From Camelus dromedarius (taxonomy: Eukaryota), in assembly GCF_036321535.1 (NCBI RefSeq), contig NC_087436.1:69380001-69444000 (forward strand): a stretch of DNA of 64,000 nt. Direction: 5' to 3'. Made by a program: the position numbers and the translations under genes. A model generated the notes under the pieces. It worked only from the letters and a program-made list of their open reading frames with translations, searched no databases and was not told the DNA's origin. Of the stretch, positions 1 to 13,770 are shown piece after piece; the first letter of the stretch is position 1; each line of letters opens with the position of its first letter.

Positions 1-999
1 GCATTTCATATGAAAATATAAGAAAACTTAATGTCACCCAATGGGCAAGAAGTAGGTCCCTAGAGTGAGTAGATGCTGGAATCTTTGCTTCAGGCTACAG
101 AGGGATGCAAGCGCCAGTGGTGCGATGAGAAGTGACAAGAGCTAGAACACAAACCCTCTGCCTTCTGTCAAGGGACAAAAGACCAGGCCAGGGTTTTGTT
201 TTATGTTTTGGATGGCTGACCTAGAAGAAGCATTTTCTCAAATTTTTGAAGAAGGTAAAGGAGGGAGTTCATTCTCCCACACTAAATTGTAGTCATCGTT
301 AAAGGAAAATACGAAACATTTCATTGTCCTAAACTGTGGAACAGCATAGAGAAAGTCTGAGGAGAAATGTCAGCCAAAAAATTATTGTATAAATCCCTGT
401 TGCCCTTTGTTTTGAAAAAAGCAAGGCAGGCCTTTCTTAATACACAATATTTTAAGGAATAAGTATTCGGGATATATTGCAGGCAAACAAGAATGCAACA
501 TCAACAAAAGCTCCACAGATCAAAGTAAAGCATTATCAGGTAAAAAATTAGCAAGAACAAAACCCGTCAGTTACAGAAATACCATTATAGAACACAAAGT
601 GCGTCAATAAATCTACATAAATAGAAAACTAAGGCTAAACAGTATTGGAAATTGTAGTCTAGACAACATGTGTATTATATAAGCCTTTATAATGTTATAA
701 TGATAATACATCAAACAAAAATTAAGATATGATATTTAAGAGACATAAATGTGAAGTTGAGAAGGGACTTCATATTGGAGAGTCTTTCAATATTGGCCAA
801 AATTGGAAGTATTTTAAAAATAAATATTTTAACCTATAATGTCAATATTTGCTCAAAGATTTATATGGAATTTTTAGTAAGAATTTATTTGATATTAAAG
901 TAATATATAGCCAAACCTTGCAATTTTTAAAATTTTAATATTTTTTCAACAAATATATTTATTTGCTTTATTTGAACTACAATATCATGATAAATGTAA

Positions 1000-2745
1000 T
1001 CATTCATGTTGAGAAGTTATGATCACAGCTAATCACTATGTTGTACAAAGTTCAGCAGAAGGTATTCATTTTGTTATATAAAGTCTGACTCTTTGATCAA
1101 ATCTCTCCACTCCCTGAACTCCTAGGCCCTGGTATATACCACTCTGCTCTCTAGTTCTTTGAGTTTGTCCCTTTAGATTACATATATAAGTGATATTCAG
1201 TATCTGTCTTTCTCTTTCAGGCTGATTTCACTTAGCATAGTTGTCACAAATGGCAGAATTTCCTTCTTTCTCATGACTGAAAAATATTCATTTATATGCA
1301 TATACCACATTTTCTTTATGTATTCATCCACTGACAGACAGTTAGGCTATTTTCCTATCTTGGCTATTTTGAATAAAGCTGCAATGAACATGTCAGTGCA
1401 GATATCTCTTTCATATTCTATTTTCATTTCCTTTAGTCATAATCCCAGAGTGAGATTGCTGGTAGTGTAATTCTGTTTTTAATCTTTTGGGGAAACTCCA
1501 TATTGTTTTCCATAGTGGCTGAGCCTATTTTTATTCCCATCAACAGTGCCCTAGAATTCCCTTTCTTCACAGACTCACCAACACTTAGATATACCCAGTG
1601 TTTTGATGCTGGCCTATCTGACAGGTGTGAGGTGATGTCTCACTGTGGTTTTGATTTGCATTTCCTGATGTTTGGTGATGTCAAGCCCCCTTTCATGTAC
1701 TTGTGGACTATTTGTATGTCTTCTTGAAAAAATATCTATTCAGTAATTGTAGTCATTTAAAAGTTATTTTGCTATTGAGTTATATGAGTTTTTGTATTTT
1801 GTGTATTAACCCCTTACTGGATATGTAATTTGAAAATACTTTCTCTCATTTTGTAGACACCTTTCATTTTGTAGATCACTTCTTTTGCTATGCAGAAGTG
1901 GTAAGTTTGATCTAGACTCATTTGTTGATTTTTACTTTTGTTCTCATTTGTTTTACTTGTGCTGTTAGTGTCATTTCCAAATATTATTGCAAAGAGTTCA
2001 AGGAGCTTTCCCCCTATGTTTTCTTCTAGGACATTTTTATGGTTTCTGGTCTTACGTCTTCAGTACATATCCAGTTAATTTTTGCAAGTAATGTTAGATA
2101 GGAGTCCCATTTCATTTTCCTTTATGTGATTATCCAGTTTCTCCAGCACCATTTATTGAAGAGACTACCCCTTTCCTGTTGAGTGAGTATTCCTGGCTGT
2201 TTTGTTAAATATATTTAATCTTATATGCGAGAGATTATTTTTGGCCTCTCAATCCTGTCCATTGCTCTCTGTGTCTATTTTTATGCCAATACCATACTGT
2301 TAAAATTAGTATTCTTTATAGTGTAGTTTAAATCAGGAAATGGGATGTCTCAGCTTTGTTCTTCTTTCTTAGGACTGCTTTGGCTATTTGGGATCTTTTG
2401 TGGCTTCATTCAAATTTAGGATTGTTTTTTCTATTTCTGTGTCCCAGGCTGCTTTAGAGGCTAGTCCACATTTCTTTCCTGGTAAGAAACTCTTTCTACT
2501 TGGAAAGATCTCTCCTGGTCATGAGCTACGATGGCTTGGGGATGGGATGATGCAATCAAACGAAACTGTCTTCATTCTGTCCTTAGGTGACTATTCTCAG
2601 GTTTTTCTGTTCCACAGTGTTTTTAAAATCTCTTATATGGAGTTTAGAACTCTCCGAGAGCTGTTTTTGTCCATGGATAGCTGTCTAATGTTGATCTTTG
2701 CCAGGGGACAGGGAAGCTGGCATCGTCTATGTCTCCATTTGGATC
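1000..2745 (-). mobile_element. Old LINE-1: 3' ORF2/3'UTR segment (~1000-2440) joined to an L1 5'-end-like segment (~2440-2745)
   Basis: Contains typical antisense L1 3' motifs (ggttttgatttgcatttcctgatg; ccagcaccatttattgaagagact; gccaataccatactg). The reverse complement of 2640-2745 resembles L1M 5' ends (CAGCTATCCATGGACAAAAA). Boundaries are approximate. Confidence 0.75.
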
Positions 2746-3296
2746 TCTTAGTTTTAATTCACTGTATTAATCATGCTTTAAATTAAAATATACAAATATT
2801 GGATATCTTTAATTAAAAAGTAGCATAATCCAATTTTTATACAATTATTTCTGTCTTTTTTTTCCTATTTATAAATTAGCACAAGGAAATATCTGAAGTA
2901 AAATTTCTGAACTGGATTTTGGTTATAACTGCATGAGAGGAGTTAATTTTTTATTTTATTTCTGTATGTTTTGTCATATTGCATAAATCCTTTTAGTGAT
3001 TATATCTACAATTTTAAGAAATGAGTAATAATATCATTAATAAAAAGACTTGTGTCTCTGTAACAGTAGCTTCTTTTTTTTTAAATACGTTTACTAATTT
3101 TTTGAGATTGTAATCCATTGCCCAGTAACAGTAGATATGAAAATTTCTTCATAAAAATTAAGAAGTGTAAAACAATCATACTTGATATTATTTATGTCCT
3201 GGTGATTGTGTAAAAGTAATCAATTTAAAAACTGAAACAGTTTACTCCTTTTAAAAAACAAGATGATTCTCAGAAAAGGATATATTCTATACTTAC

Positions 3297-3516
3297 AAAG
3301 GGTTGTTAATAACCTCCTTCAAAGCATTCAGCAGATCAGAACTTGTCATTGTGTGCAAATCTACTTCAACAGCTGCCCCTTTGACTTTTACGCGAGCAAT
3401 ATTATCATGCTGATCACCAAACAAGGGGATTCCCACCATAGGCACCCCATGGTAAATAGCTTCATAGATCCCATTGGTTCCACTGTGAGTGATAAAAGCT
3501 CTGGTTTTGGGATGGC
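3297..3516 (-). CDS. UGT2C1: UGT2C1-like UDP-glucuronosyltransferase, exon 5 (220 bp; contains the UGT signature)
   Basis: Encodes (G)[72 protein letters not shown]. Acceptor tttttAG at 3518-3517, donor GTAAGT at 3296. The size equals the conserved UGT2 exon 5. Confidence 0.93.
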
Positions 3517-4232
3517 CTAAAAAGAGAAAATATATAAATATCACTATTCTAAGTTGTAAGAATTTCAGAAACAGAAAATCATGACACCTGTATAAATCAC
3601 TAATTCAGTTAGGCAGCATTTCCCACACAATTCTGTGCCATGAGGCTTTGTATACATTTCTACAGGCTCTAAAGAAAGTGACAATTATTCCAGGCTGAGC
3701 AGCAATGAATGATTCTAGCAATTAAGTCATTCCACAAAACCCTGAAGGTTTGTGCAGAGTCAACTGAAGGAGAGTGGTTGCCATGGACAAGTTGCTGGTG
3801 CTGCGAATACAACAGTAGAAAGGAATGAAGGGATTTCAGAAAACAAATGCTCGTGTGGATGGGGAAGAGGAGCTGATATGTGTAGAGTTTCAATGTGAGA
3901 ATGTTGGCATAAGAGGCTAGAAAGTGTAGATTATGGCAAGTTCTTGAGGTACTCTAAGAACATGGGATTTTGCACCTGATGTTATGGTAATATGGAATCG
4001 TGAACAATATCATAGATGGTGAAAGGGATTGTCAGAATTTTTTCAAATAGTTATAGTGGGGAAAAGAGAAGAGAGATGGGAGGGAATGGATACAGAGATT
4101 CAGGAGGCTCTACAATATTCTATACAAAAGTTAGTGAGAGTCAAGATCTAAAGCATACTGACTCTGATTCTGAGGCGGGAGAAGTTGTATTATAAATGGG
4201 AGAATTATAAATTCCTTACTTATGTTGGAACT

Positions 4233-4729
4233 TGACAAAAATTCTATTAGTAATCAAAACTCTAGTCAGGTTCCTCAGAATGCTCTTCCCAACCAAGCAC
4301 TGATTTGGGGGCTTATGTGTTTATCTCTATGTTGCCCAATTTTAGCAAGAACCCTATTGAGTCTATTTTGCTAGACTTCCCCATCCCTGATGTCCAGTCA
4401 CCCTTACAGCTGTTGCCTCATTCTTCATCATCCCCCAAGTGATGTCTGATCACGCTAGCCTGCCGTCAGCAAGAATCAGATTAGGTCAGTTTTGCCAGAG
4501 TTCCCTTTGTCTCTCTTATTTCCTCATAGTAAATTTTCATGCAGTGACATAATATTCAGCATTTTGGCTATTAATTTCCAACTTTTCTCTTTTTCATTCC
4601 GAGTCAAGTCCAGTTTCTCTGTCTCACTGTCAAAGTCCATTGCAGTAGGACCTAAACATATCATGATGGTCTTAAATAAAGTGTGCCTTACAATCTTTAA
4701 CCAGAATCATGAATAATTTTTCTTTAACA
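4233..4729 (+). mobile_element. Solo ERV1-type LTR (MER31-like)
   Basis: Begins TGACAAAA...actctagtcaggttcctc, has AATAAA at ~4675 and ends ...gaataatttttctttaaCA. TG..CA termini, ~500 bp. Confidence 0.65.
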
Positions 4730-4861
4730 GGTTTCAGAAGAAATGTGAAAAAGGCACTAAGGGCTTTGGGTTTTTTCCCTTATTTTGAAGACAAATTTCT
4801 TGAATTTATTTGTTAATGAGTAAACTCAACTCTGTTTAATTTTTTTTCTCTCTGGTCTTAC

Positions 4862-4949
4862 CAAGAAGATCATTCTGTGGAATCCATTCATATAGCTGGG
4901 TATTGGCTCCAAGTGTATCTGGTTTCTTTCCTGTGTATCTCCACAGAAC
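4862..4949 (-). CDS. UGT2C1: UGT2C1-like exon 4 (88 bp)
   Basis: Encodes [29 protein letters not shown](G). Acceptor ttaacAG, donor GTAAGA. Conserved 88-bp size. Confidence 0.93.
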
Positions 4950-5399
4950 CTGTTAAGATAAATGCCTTTACTCTATTAGAAAACTTTTAGAATAACATCC
5001 TGTCAAAAGGAGGCAGTTAACTTAGAATTAATCTAGTTTGATGTCTCCAGGTAATAGATGAGCACACTGAGGCCTGAAGTGATTATGTAATGAATGTTTC
5101 TAAACTGTGGATGCTACAACCATGTTTTCAAGTGCTTGCAATAATCCTAATGTATCTAATATAATTAGATTGATTCTAATTTAGTAGATGAAGACAATCT
5201 ATATCTGAGACAACTACATATTGTTATTAGTAGACTGTTCTTATAAAGGGGATTTTTGAAACAGTTTTCAGAGGCAAATGGAAAGGATATGACCTTTCTC
5301 ACTAAGAAATTATTAGTTCTTTCACCTTTGCTGAGCTTTGCTATATATTTGGCAGTAACATAGAAGCAAGCATTGCCTTTTTTATTATAGTAAAATGTA

Positions 5400-6690
5400 C
5401 ATAAAGATATTTAGCATTTTAAAGTATTGTAAGCATAGAATTTAGTGGCATTAAGAACATCCACAATGTTGTGTAACCATAAGAACTATCTATAGCACAA
5501 ATGTTTTCACCATCCCAAACATAAATGCTGTATCACTAAGCAATTCCCCTATTCCCCCCAATTCCCCAGTCCCTGTTAATCTCTATTCTTCTTTCTATCT
5601 CTATGAGCTTGACTACTCTAGGTACCACATATAAGTGGAATCATACAGAATTTGTCCTTTTCTGACTTAGCATTATTTCACTTCATATTATGTCTTCAAG
5701 GTTCTTGTATGTCATAACACATTAGCATTTTCTGTCTTTTTAAGGCTGAGTAATATTTCATTGTGTATATATCACATTATCTTTATCCATTCATTTTTCT
5801 TTTGTAAATAATGTTGCTGTGACCTTTGGTGTACAAACATCTGTTTGAGTCCCTGATTTCAATTCCTTTGGATATATAGTCAGGATTGGAATTAATGAGT
5901 CATGTGATAGCTCTACGTTTAACTTTCCAATGTATCACAAAAATGTTTTCCACAGCAGATGCATCATTTTGCACTCTGACCAGCAATGCGTGAGGTCACA
6001 TTCCTCCATATTCTTACTAACACTTGTTAATTTCCTTTAAAAAAATAATAGCTATCCTAAGGACTGAAGTGGTATCTCTTTGTGCTTTTGATTTGCATTT
6101 CCCTAATGATCAATGATGTGGAGCATTTTTTATGTATTATTAGCTATTTGCATATCTTTGTTAGAGAAATATTCAAGGACTTTCCCATTTTTTCAGTTGG
6201 GATTTTATTGTTGGTGTTGAGTTGTAGGAGTTCTTTATAAATTGAGCACATTAATTCTTTATTATATACATGATTTGCAAAGGTTTTCTCCCAATCTATG
6301 TATTATATTTCAAAATGTCTTCTGATGCACAAAATTTCTTCAATTGATGTATTTCAATTGATTTATTTTCTTGCTTGTACTTTTTGTGTCATACCTATTG
6401 AAATCATAGCAAAATCCAATGTGATGAAATTTTCCTCTAGAATTTTCTTATAGAAGTGTTGCAGTTGTACCTCTAAAGTTTAAGTCTCTGATCTATTTTG
6501 AGTTAATTTTTGAATGTAGTGTAAGATACGGGTCTAATTTCATTCCTTATCATGTGGCTCTCAGCTCTTTTCTGCTAGTTCTCTCATTTTTCTCATAAAT
6601 AGATGCTCTGGAAATTCTTGATATTTTGATGTGCCTGAGGGAAGAGTTGAGATGAAGGTCTTCCTACTCTGCTATCTTGGTCACACTTCC
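5400..6690 (-). mobile_element. Old LINE-1 3' segment joined to a short L1 5'-end-like piece
   Basis: Antisense L1 3'UTR/ORF2 motifs over 5400-6560. The reverse complement of 6640-6680 reads CCAAGATAGCAGAGTAGGAAGACC, a typical L1 5' terminus. Confidence 0.75.
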
Positions 6691-6769
6691 ATCATAACCT
6701 TTTACAATCCTATGTAAAACCATTCATCCTCTCCCTAAGTTCATTTCTCATTTTAATTGTTTGCATCTA

Positions 6770-7052
6770 CTCTTTTTTTTCCCTCTTTGCAATTTAGCTA
6801 AAGTTTTGATGATTTTGCTGACCTTTTCTAAAAACCAGCTTTTGGTTTTATTGATTTTCTCTGTTTTTTTTTTAAACCTTTTTGTTTTGTTTTGTTTATT
6901 TTACTCTAATCTGCATTGCTTCCTTCTGCAAGGTTTGGGTTTCGTTTGCCTTCTTTTTATACTTTTTGAGATATAATATTAGGTTATTGATTTTACAATA
7001 TCGTTCTTCTTTTTCAATGTAGGCACTTACAGCTATAAATTTCCTTCTGAGC
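6770..7052 (-). mobile_element. Old L1 ORF2 fragment, left part (continues at ~8623-8730)
   Basis: The ORF 6896..7099(-) contains KFIAVSAYIEKEERY, resembling L1 ORF2. The similarity resumes after the inserted plus-strand L1. Confidence 0.65.
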
Positions 7053-8622
7053 AACAGAAGGTGGCAGAGGAGAGGGATGTGGAACTTACCTCTTTCCACA
7101 AATATATCAAAAATACATCTACATGTGGAACAATTCTCACAGAATACCTACTGAAAGCTTGCAAAAGATCTCATACAAACAAAGTTATAAGAATGATCCT
7201 CATGTTACCAGGTAGGACAAAGGAAAAATGAAGAAGAATCAGGATGGGACTTGCACCCCTGGGAGGGAGCTCTGAAAGAGGAGGGTTCCCTCACCCTAGA
7301 AAACTCCTTCACCAGCTAGGAAGTCTGCCAGGACAAATAATGGGCTTCAGAGGCTGGAGAGGCAATTGTGGGAGCTGGCCTGCAGACCTACAGTACAGAG
7401 AATGACCAGTACATATGGTCCTTGCCATGCTACTGCAATTCTCAACCCAAGATACTTGCTTGTTTGTGTCTACAAAACTGGGTGCTAAATCTCCCAATGT
7501 GTTTACAAAAATAAACAAATGAGATCTAATCTAACTTAAAGCTTTTTCACAGCAATAGAAACCATAAAAAACAAAAAGCCAACCTAGAGAATGGGAGAAA
7601 ATATTTGTAAACATTGTGATCAACAAAGACTTAATTTGGAAAATACACAAACAGCTCATACAACTCAATAACAAAAAAACCAACTACCCAATCAAAACTG
7701 GGCAGAAGACCTAAATAGACATTTCTCCAAAAAGAACATACAGATGGCCAACAGGCACATGAAAAGACTGCTCAAGATCACTAATTATTAGAGAAATGCA
7801 AATCAAAACTACAATGTAGTATCACCTCACCAGAGTCAAAATGACCATTATTAAAATATCTACAAATAAATTCTGGAAATAGTGTGGAGAAAAGGGAACT
7901 CTCCTGCACTGTTGGAAGGAATGTAAATTAGTGCAGCCATTATGGAAAACAGTATGAAGGTTCCTTAAAAAACTGAAAACTCTTACCATAAGATCCAATA
8001 ATCCCACTCCTGGGCATACATACATAGAAAACTAATTTGAAAAGATACATGAATCCAATGAATACAATGTTCATAACAGCACTACTTAACAATAGCTGAG
8101 ACATGGAAACAACCTAAATGTCCATTGACATGACTGGATAAAGAAGATGTGGTATATCTATACACAATGGAATACCACTCAGCCATAGAAATAATGAAAT
8201 AATGCCCTTTGCAGCAACATGGATGGATCTAGAGACTATCATAGTAAGTGAAGAAAGTGATACACAGAAAGGCACATATTATACGGTATCACTTATATGT
8301 TGAATCTAAAAAAAAGTATATGTGAACTTATTTACAAAATGGAAAGAGACTCAGACACAGAAAGAAACTTATGGATATCAAAGTGGAAAGGGAGTGGTAG
8401 GGATAAGTTGGGAGCATGGGATTAAGAGATGCCCACTGCCATATACAAACAGATAAACAGCAAAGATTTATTCTGTAGTGCAAGGAACTCTATTCAATAT
8501 CTTGTAATAGATTGTAATGGAATAGAATCAAAAGAATATGGATATATATATAACCTAATCATTTTGGTGGATGCCTGAAAATAGCACAGTATTGTTAAAT
8601 CAACAATAGTTTAATTTAAAAA
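7053..8622 (+). mobile_element. LINE-1 with a 5'UTR-like head (~7053-7495) fused to the ORF2 C-terminus/3'UTR
   Basis: The head (aaggtggcagaggagagggatgtggaacttacc...catctacatgtggaacaattctc) is L1 5'UTR-like. From ~7505 there are ORF2 3' motifs (gaaatgcaaatcaaaactacaatg), and the element ends in an A-rich tail at ~8620. Confidence 0.8.
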
Positions 8623-9993
8623 ATACCTCTTAGACTTGCTTTCTCTGCATCTCTTTTTTTTTTTGGTTAATGTTTGCATTTATTTTAAAATATTTTCTAA
8701 TACTCTTGTGATTTATTTTTTGATCTATTAAAGTTAAAGCATACAAAAACTCTGCTTCTTTATAGCTTAGCTTCATCCACCTCTTTCAGTTATTTATGCC
8801 ATCAATTCCATGTTTATACACTATGTTCCTAATTACATAACTTAATAATTATTTTTGTGTGTTTTCTTTATATTATTGAGAAAGGCATGTTGGCTGCAGT
8901 GGGGCTGGGTGATGGAGACTTCGAAGCTACTGCTATTCTAGGGGGCTGAAATTGACAAAAAAAATTAACCACAATCTACTAGTCAGGCTCTCCCCTGCAT
9001 ATTTCAAGTGCTCAGATAGAGTCCATATTTCCAACATAGTTCAGACAGTTTCTGCTAGGACAGTTGTTGTTGAGGTAGACGGTCAGATCTTGGTGCTTTT
9101 GACTCTACCTTGATGTCACCCTTAAGCATTGTATTTTAATACAATTGAAATTTTAATATTTTCATGAAGATGCCATTTAGATGAGATGTTTAAATGGGTA
9201 TTGTTTCCACAAAACATTTTTTGAAAGTAATTTGGTTATGTGCACAAAAATTGTCATGATCTTTTGGAACTTAAAATCACATATAATTTTAGCTATTTTA
9301 TCTAAAGCTACAAAATAAAATGTGTCCCTGGTAGTTTAAGAACCACATCACTCAGTTATAACCTAGGATGGTATCAATAAAAAAAAAATGCATAGTTTGT
9401 GGGAATGCCATAGAGTGAACTGCATAAATGTTTTACAGTATTACTAAAATCTTTAACTGTTTAGATAGAAGAATCATTATTTAGGAGTATTCATGGAATC
9501 TAAGCTGTCAGTTCCAAGTTCAGCCAGGGCCTGGTCCAAAACCATTAATTAAAAGAAAATATACTTCCAAGACAGCCCGTGAATCAATGGTATAATTTTG
9601 AGTGTCTCTTCCTGTATTCTCTGACATGTTAGTTGTACCTTGTGTATATGCCTCAGATTTAAAAAATAAATAACGCAAAAAGAAGCTTAGGTTACATGGA
9701 AGCGTTAAAACCAGCACATAAAGCTGATCAATTGTTTAATAGGAGTGGCTTGATTTAAGCTTTATCCCATTATTTAAAGAAAATACGGCAATATGTTTTC
9801 CTATTAGTAGTACCATGTTTAAAGCAAGGTAGCCATAAAATATCCTCTTTTAACATTTAACACTTCTAATTTACAGTTCAGTTCAGTTGACACTAATAAC
9901 ACCAATACCTTTTCCTACACTTTAAAAGTGCACTTTTAAGGAGATCCTCATAGATTTTAAAATAGCTGCCCCTCAAAAATAAAAGCATCTGAC

Positions 9994-10125
9994 CTTCTGT
10001 GGAATCTGGGCAAGGGCTGATGCAATCATATTAGCCTTTTCTTCTGTGATGTTTTTGACCATTGACCCCAGACTAAACACCACAACTCCATCTTCTCCAG
10101 AGCTTTGGACAAGCTCCTCTAACTC
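9994..10125 (-). CDS. UGT2C1: UGT2C1-like exon 3 (132 bp)
   Basis: Encodes [44 protein letters not shown]. Acceptor ttcttcccAG, donor GTCAGA. Confidence 0.93.
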
Positions 10126-11189
10126 CTGGGAAGAAAACAGTCTTTATAATATGAAAGTTTCCCCTTACAAAAGTAAGTTAGTCACACAGCTTTCTCAGTG
10201 TGTCTGAATTATTAGAATAATTTGTCTTTTCATATGTTAACCATTTCAGAGCATGAAACATAGAAACTGAAATCATTAGTTATTAGGCAAATTAACAATG
10301 ATTTAATTGTACAACATGGGGGGAAAAGCCAATATCTTGTAATAACTATAAATGGAAAGTAATCTTTAAAAGTTGTATAAAATAAATGATTTTCAAAGAT
10401 ATTTAAATTGGAAGCTCCCTTCTACTATGTTCTAGACATTTCTGAGGTGTGTGCTTTTCTGTTTACAAATCATTGACTACATGTTATCTTCTGCCATGTG
10501 TTGAGCTCTTTATATGTATCATTTAACTTAGATATATGGTGATCTTAAGATATATGTATACATTTGCAGATGGAAAAGCTACCTCAGAGAGGTTAAATAA
10601 TTTGTTGAAAGCTATAAAGTAGTAGCTAAATTAAGCTTGTTGTTTATAAAGTGAATGACTATATTCATTACTCTCTATTGCTTTCCAAGAGTCTCTTCAG
10701 AATGCTCATCAAATTAGGCATTTGGTTTCCTCCTTTAAGTTAAATAGTTCTGGTGCTTCATTTCTTATTTAGCCTTGGATGATAATAAGATTATCATTCT
10801 TTTTTCTGCTGAATCATGGTCAGTATAATGACATCCTTTCGGTATAATTTACTCTATTCTAAATATGAATTTCAATTTTCTTTAATTTGGATATATTTAT
10901 ACATTATATAAGCTTCCACAAACACATTAAGACATGAAGTAGACATATAACTCCTGACCAGGTAAGTAAAGCAGAAATACTTATAATGCACACTTTGGGG
11001 ATAATAGTAATATTATAGAAAAATTTGGCTTGGAATCCAAGATAAAAATAGCATATTTAATCATACTGAAGAAAAAAGAAGTCTTTTCCTCTTATGTTTA
11101 GCTACTAACTAAGCTAAGTCAACCAAATAAGACAAAAAAAAAAAAAAGTGTGAGACACACTGAAGACAGGGAAGAGATTTATTTTAAGT

Positions 11190-11529
11190 AATTAATTCAC
11201 CTAATTATAGAGGCCAGCAAATTATAATCCACAGAATAGGCCATCAGACTGAAGACTCAGAGAAGAGCCCCTGTTGTAGGTCAAGTCTGAAAGCCATCTT
11301 CTGGCAGAACTCTGTTTTGCATGGGAGAGTTCAGTCTTTTCTATTCAGTTCTTCAACTCATTGGATGAGGCTCACCCACAAATGCAGAGCAATTTACTTT
11401 ACTCAAGGTCCACATATTTAAATGTTAAGGTCCTCTAAAAACACCCTCACAGAAACTTCCATAGTGATGTTTGGCTAAATAGCTGAGTCCCAGGCCCAGG
11501 GTAGTTGACACATAAAATTAACCATTACA
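11190..11529 (-). mobile_element. MLT2-like ERVL LTR
   Basis: Ends on the + strand in ...gttgacacataaaattaaccattaca and contains ttcaactcattggatgaggctcaccca. Both resemble MLT2 LTRs in antisense. Confidence 0.7.
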
Positions 11530-11899
11530 ATATGTTTATAGATAGATTGACTTAACACGTGAAGTTATCACTCTCTTTAACCTAAGTTTCAATGGGAGCA
11601 TGGTATTGTTGAGATACTGGGAAATATTTTAACATTTCTGCAGAATGTACATGTTCATAAAGACTTAATGAAGTATGAAAAAGTAAGGAAATACGGGGAC
11701 TACTTCAACCAGATAATAACACATAATACAAAAGGAAGGCTCCTGACCTGCTGATTGCAGTCTACTAGTGTAAGAGAGTCATGGCCGCTAATTCCTGAGC
11801 ATGTGTTTTCAGCTGGCAGATCAAATACTATCAATAACAAACTGGAAATCATTTCAGCAGATAAGTTCTCAAACAGGCAAAATCAGCACATTCAAGTAC

Positions 11900-12048
11900 C
11901 TTCGGTAGGGGCTTCGCAGGCTTGCAGTGCAGTCCTCCAACAAATTCAACATTAGGTAAGTACGGTTGAGGAAATTCAAAATCCCAGTAAGTTCGAATCA
12001 ACCACATTTCAGCTTTCCTCATAGTCTCACATAATGTGGTAGGTTTTC
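11900..12048 (-). CDS. UGT2C1: UGT2C1-like exon 2 (149 bp)
   Basis: Encodes (G)[49 protein letters not shown]. Acceptor tttttattcAG, donor GTACTT. Confidence 0.94.
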
Positions 12049-13219
12049 CTGAATAAAAATGAAGGATGATAGAGAGGAAACAAGCTGACATGTTATAAGG
12101 GAACTGTTTCACCATCTACTTTTCTAAGAGAAATCTTTAAACATATCGGCCCGATGTTACCTCTGTGAAATCCATTGGCCTTTTCCCCAAGAGTACAAAT
12201 AGTGAGATTATCAATAACCAAAGACCAATTTAAGCATGGAACAAAGCCAAAAGCCCGCCGCTTCATCTCTGCCAACAGAGTCTTTCTGCTTGAGCTAAGC
12301 CTGAGCCCCACTCCACGCTCAGCAAGGACACCTGCTCCGAGCCAGGAACAAGAAACTCAGGCAGTGATCCTCAAACTTCTATGGTCGGGTCGCCTCCTCT
12401 TCTCGAGGACCCTCTTCAATTTATCGCATCCTTGTTGCTCCAAGAACCTCTGGTTTCTTAAAAAAACAACTTTTTTTACTGTATCCCTCTTTTTCTCTAG
12501 TGTTTTCCAGTGTGCTGTCACAACTAATTACATCTTATTGGGAATGAATTATTAAAAGGAAATTTTTTTAAGTGATTTACTCCTTTGCCATACAAAATGG
12601 AAGTTCCTGTTGGACAAGCCTTTTGTCCTCTTCGGGGAAGATATAGCAGTGTTTATTAAGCTGGTGGTGAAATATGTAGTATTTTGATACATTTAAATGA
12701 CTAACTGACTAACAGGAATAAAAGTGTACCTTTGAACTCAATGGCAACGAAGTGACTATTAACAGCAGAAGAACTGAAATTAGTGACTGAGAAGTAAATA
12801 ATTTCTCTTTGTTTGGAGTCCAAGCTTCATTTCTGCATTCTATTCAATTACTGTGGAGTAAGGAACCTTATCCAGAGTATTGGCGTCCTTTTGACATACA
12901 TACTCAGTATCACTAATATGAAGACTCTGTAGCTTTATGTTTTCCCATCACATGGCTTTTTGAATATTCTTGATGTTCTGAGTGTGCTTAAGTTCTGATT
13001 AGCAAATGTGAGGGATTTTGAACTGACCAGGACGATCTATCTGTGTAAGAGATCACAAGCAAATCTCAGTAATTTAAGCATTTGATTCTGATAATGACAA
13101 CGGTATTCAAAATCCAGTTTCATACTCAGTGCATATCCCATTTCAGTGGCTTACTGGTGTCAGCTTTGGGTATAGTCTTATTCCCATTGTGTGATGCTTC
13201 ACTCTCACACCATCTTTTT

Positions 13220-13770
13220 GACAGGTTTATTAAGATAGAATTTATAAAAACACACAATTCCTTTAAATACACAACTGAGTAGTTTTTAGTATATTTATAG
13301 TTGTGAAACCATGTCCACTAGTATATTTTACAAATTTTTATTACTCCTCATAGAGACCCCATATCCATTGGTAGTCATTCTCCATTTCTCCCTCTTCCCA
13401 GCCCCTGGCAACCACTAATCTGCTTCTTTCTTTATTTGACTATTCCAAAGTAACCTTATTTCATTTAATGTAAATGAAAGTATACACTGCGTGGTCTTTT
13501 GTGCTGCCTTCTTTCCCTTAACATAGTGTTTTCAAGGTTCATCCCTGTGGTACTGTGTATCAGTACTTCCTTACCTTTTATTGCTGAGTAATACTTTTGT
13601 TTGGCTATACTTCATTTTGTTTATCTACACATCAGTTAATGACCATTTGGGTTGTTTCCATATTAGGCTACTGTGGATAATGCTCTACGAGCAATCATGT
13701 ATATTTTTTGTGTGGACACGTGTTCATTTTTCTTGGTTATAAACCTAGGAGTAGAATTTGAGGAACATAT
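13220..13770 (-). mobile_element. Old L1 (L1M-type) 3'UTR fragment
   Basis: Contains cccagcccctggcaaccactaatctgc and ttcaaggttcatcc, typical of an antisense L1M 3' end. Confidence 0.7.

Noticed and set aside
12175..12555. 126-aa ORF in a GC-richer patch of UGT2C1-like intron 1
   Set aside because: It has no recognisable protein similarity, a non-ATG start and no supporting exon structure.
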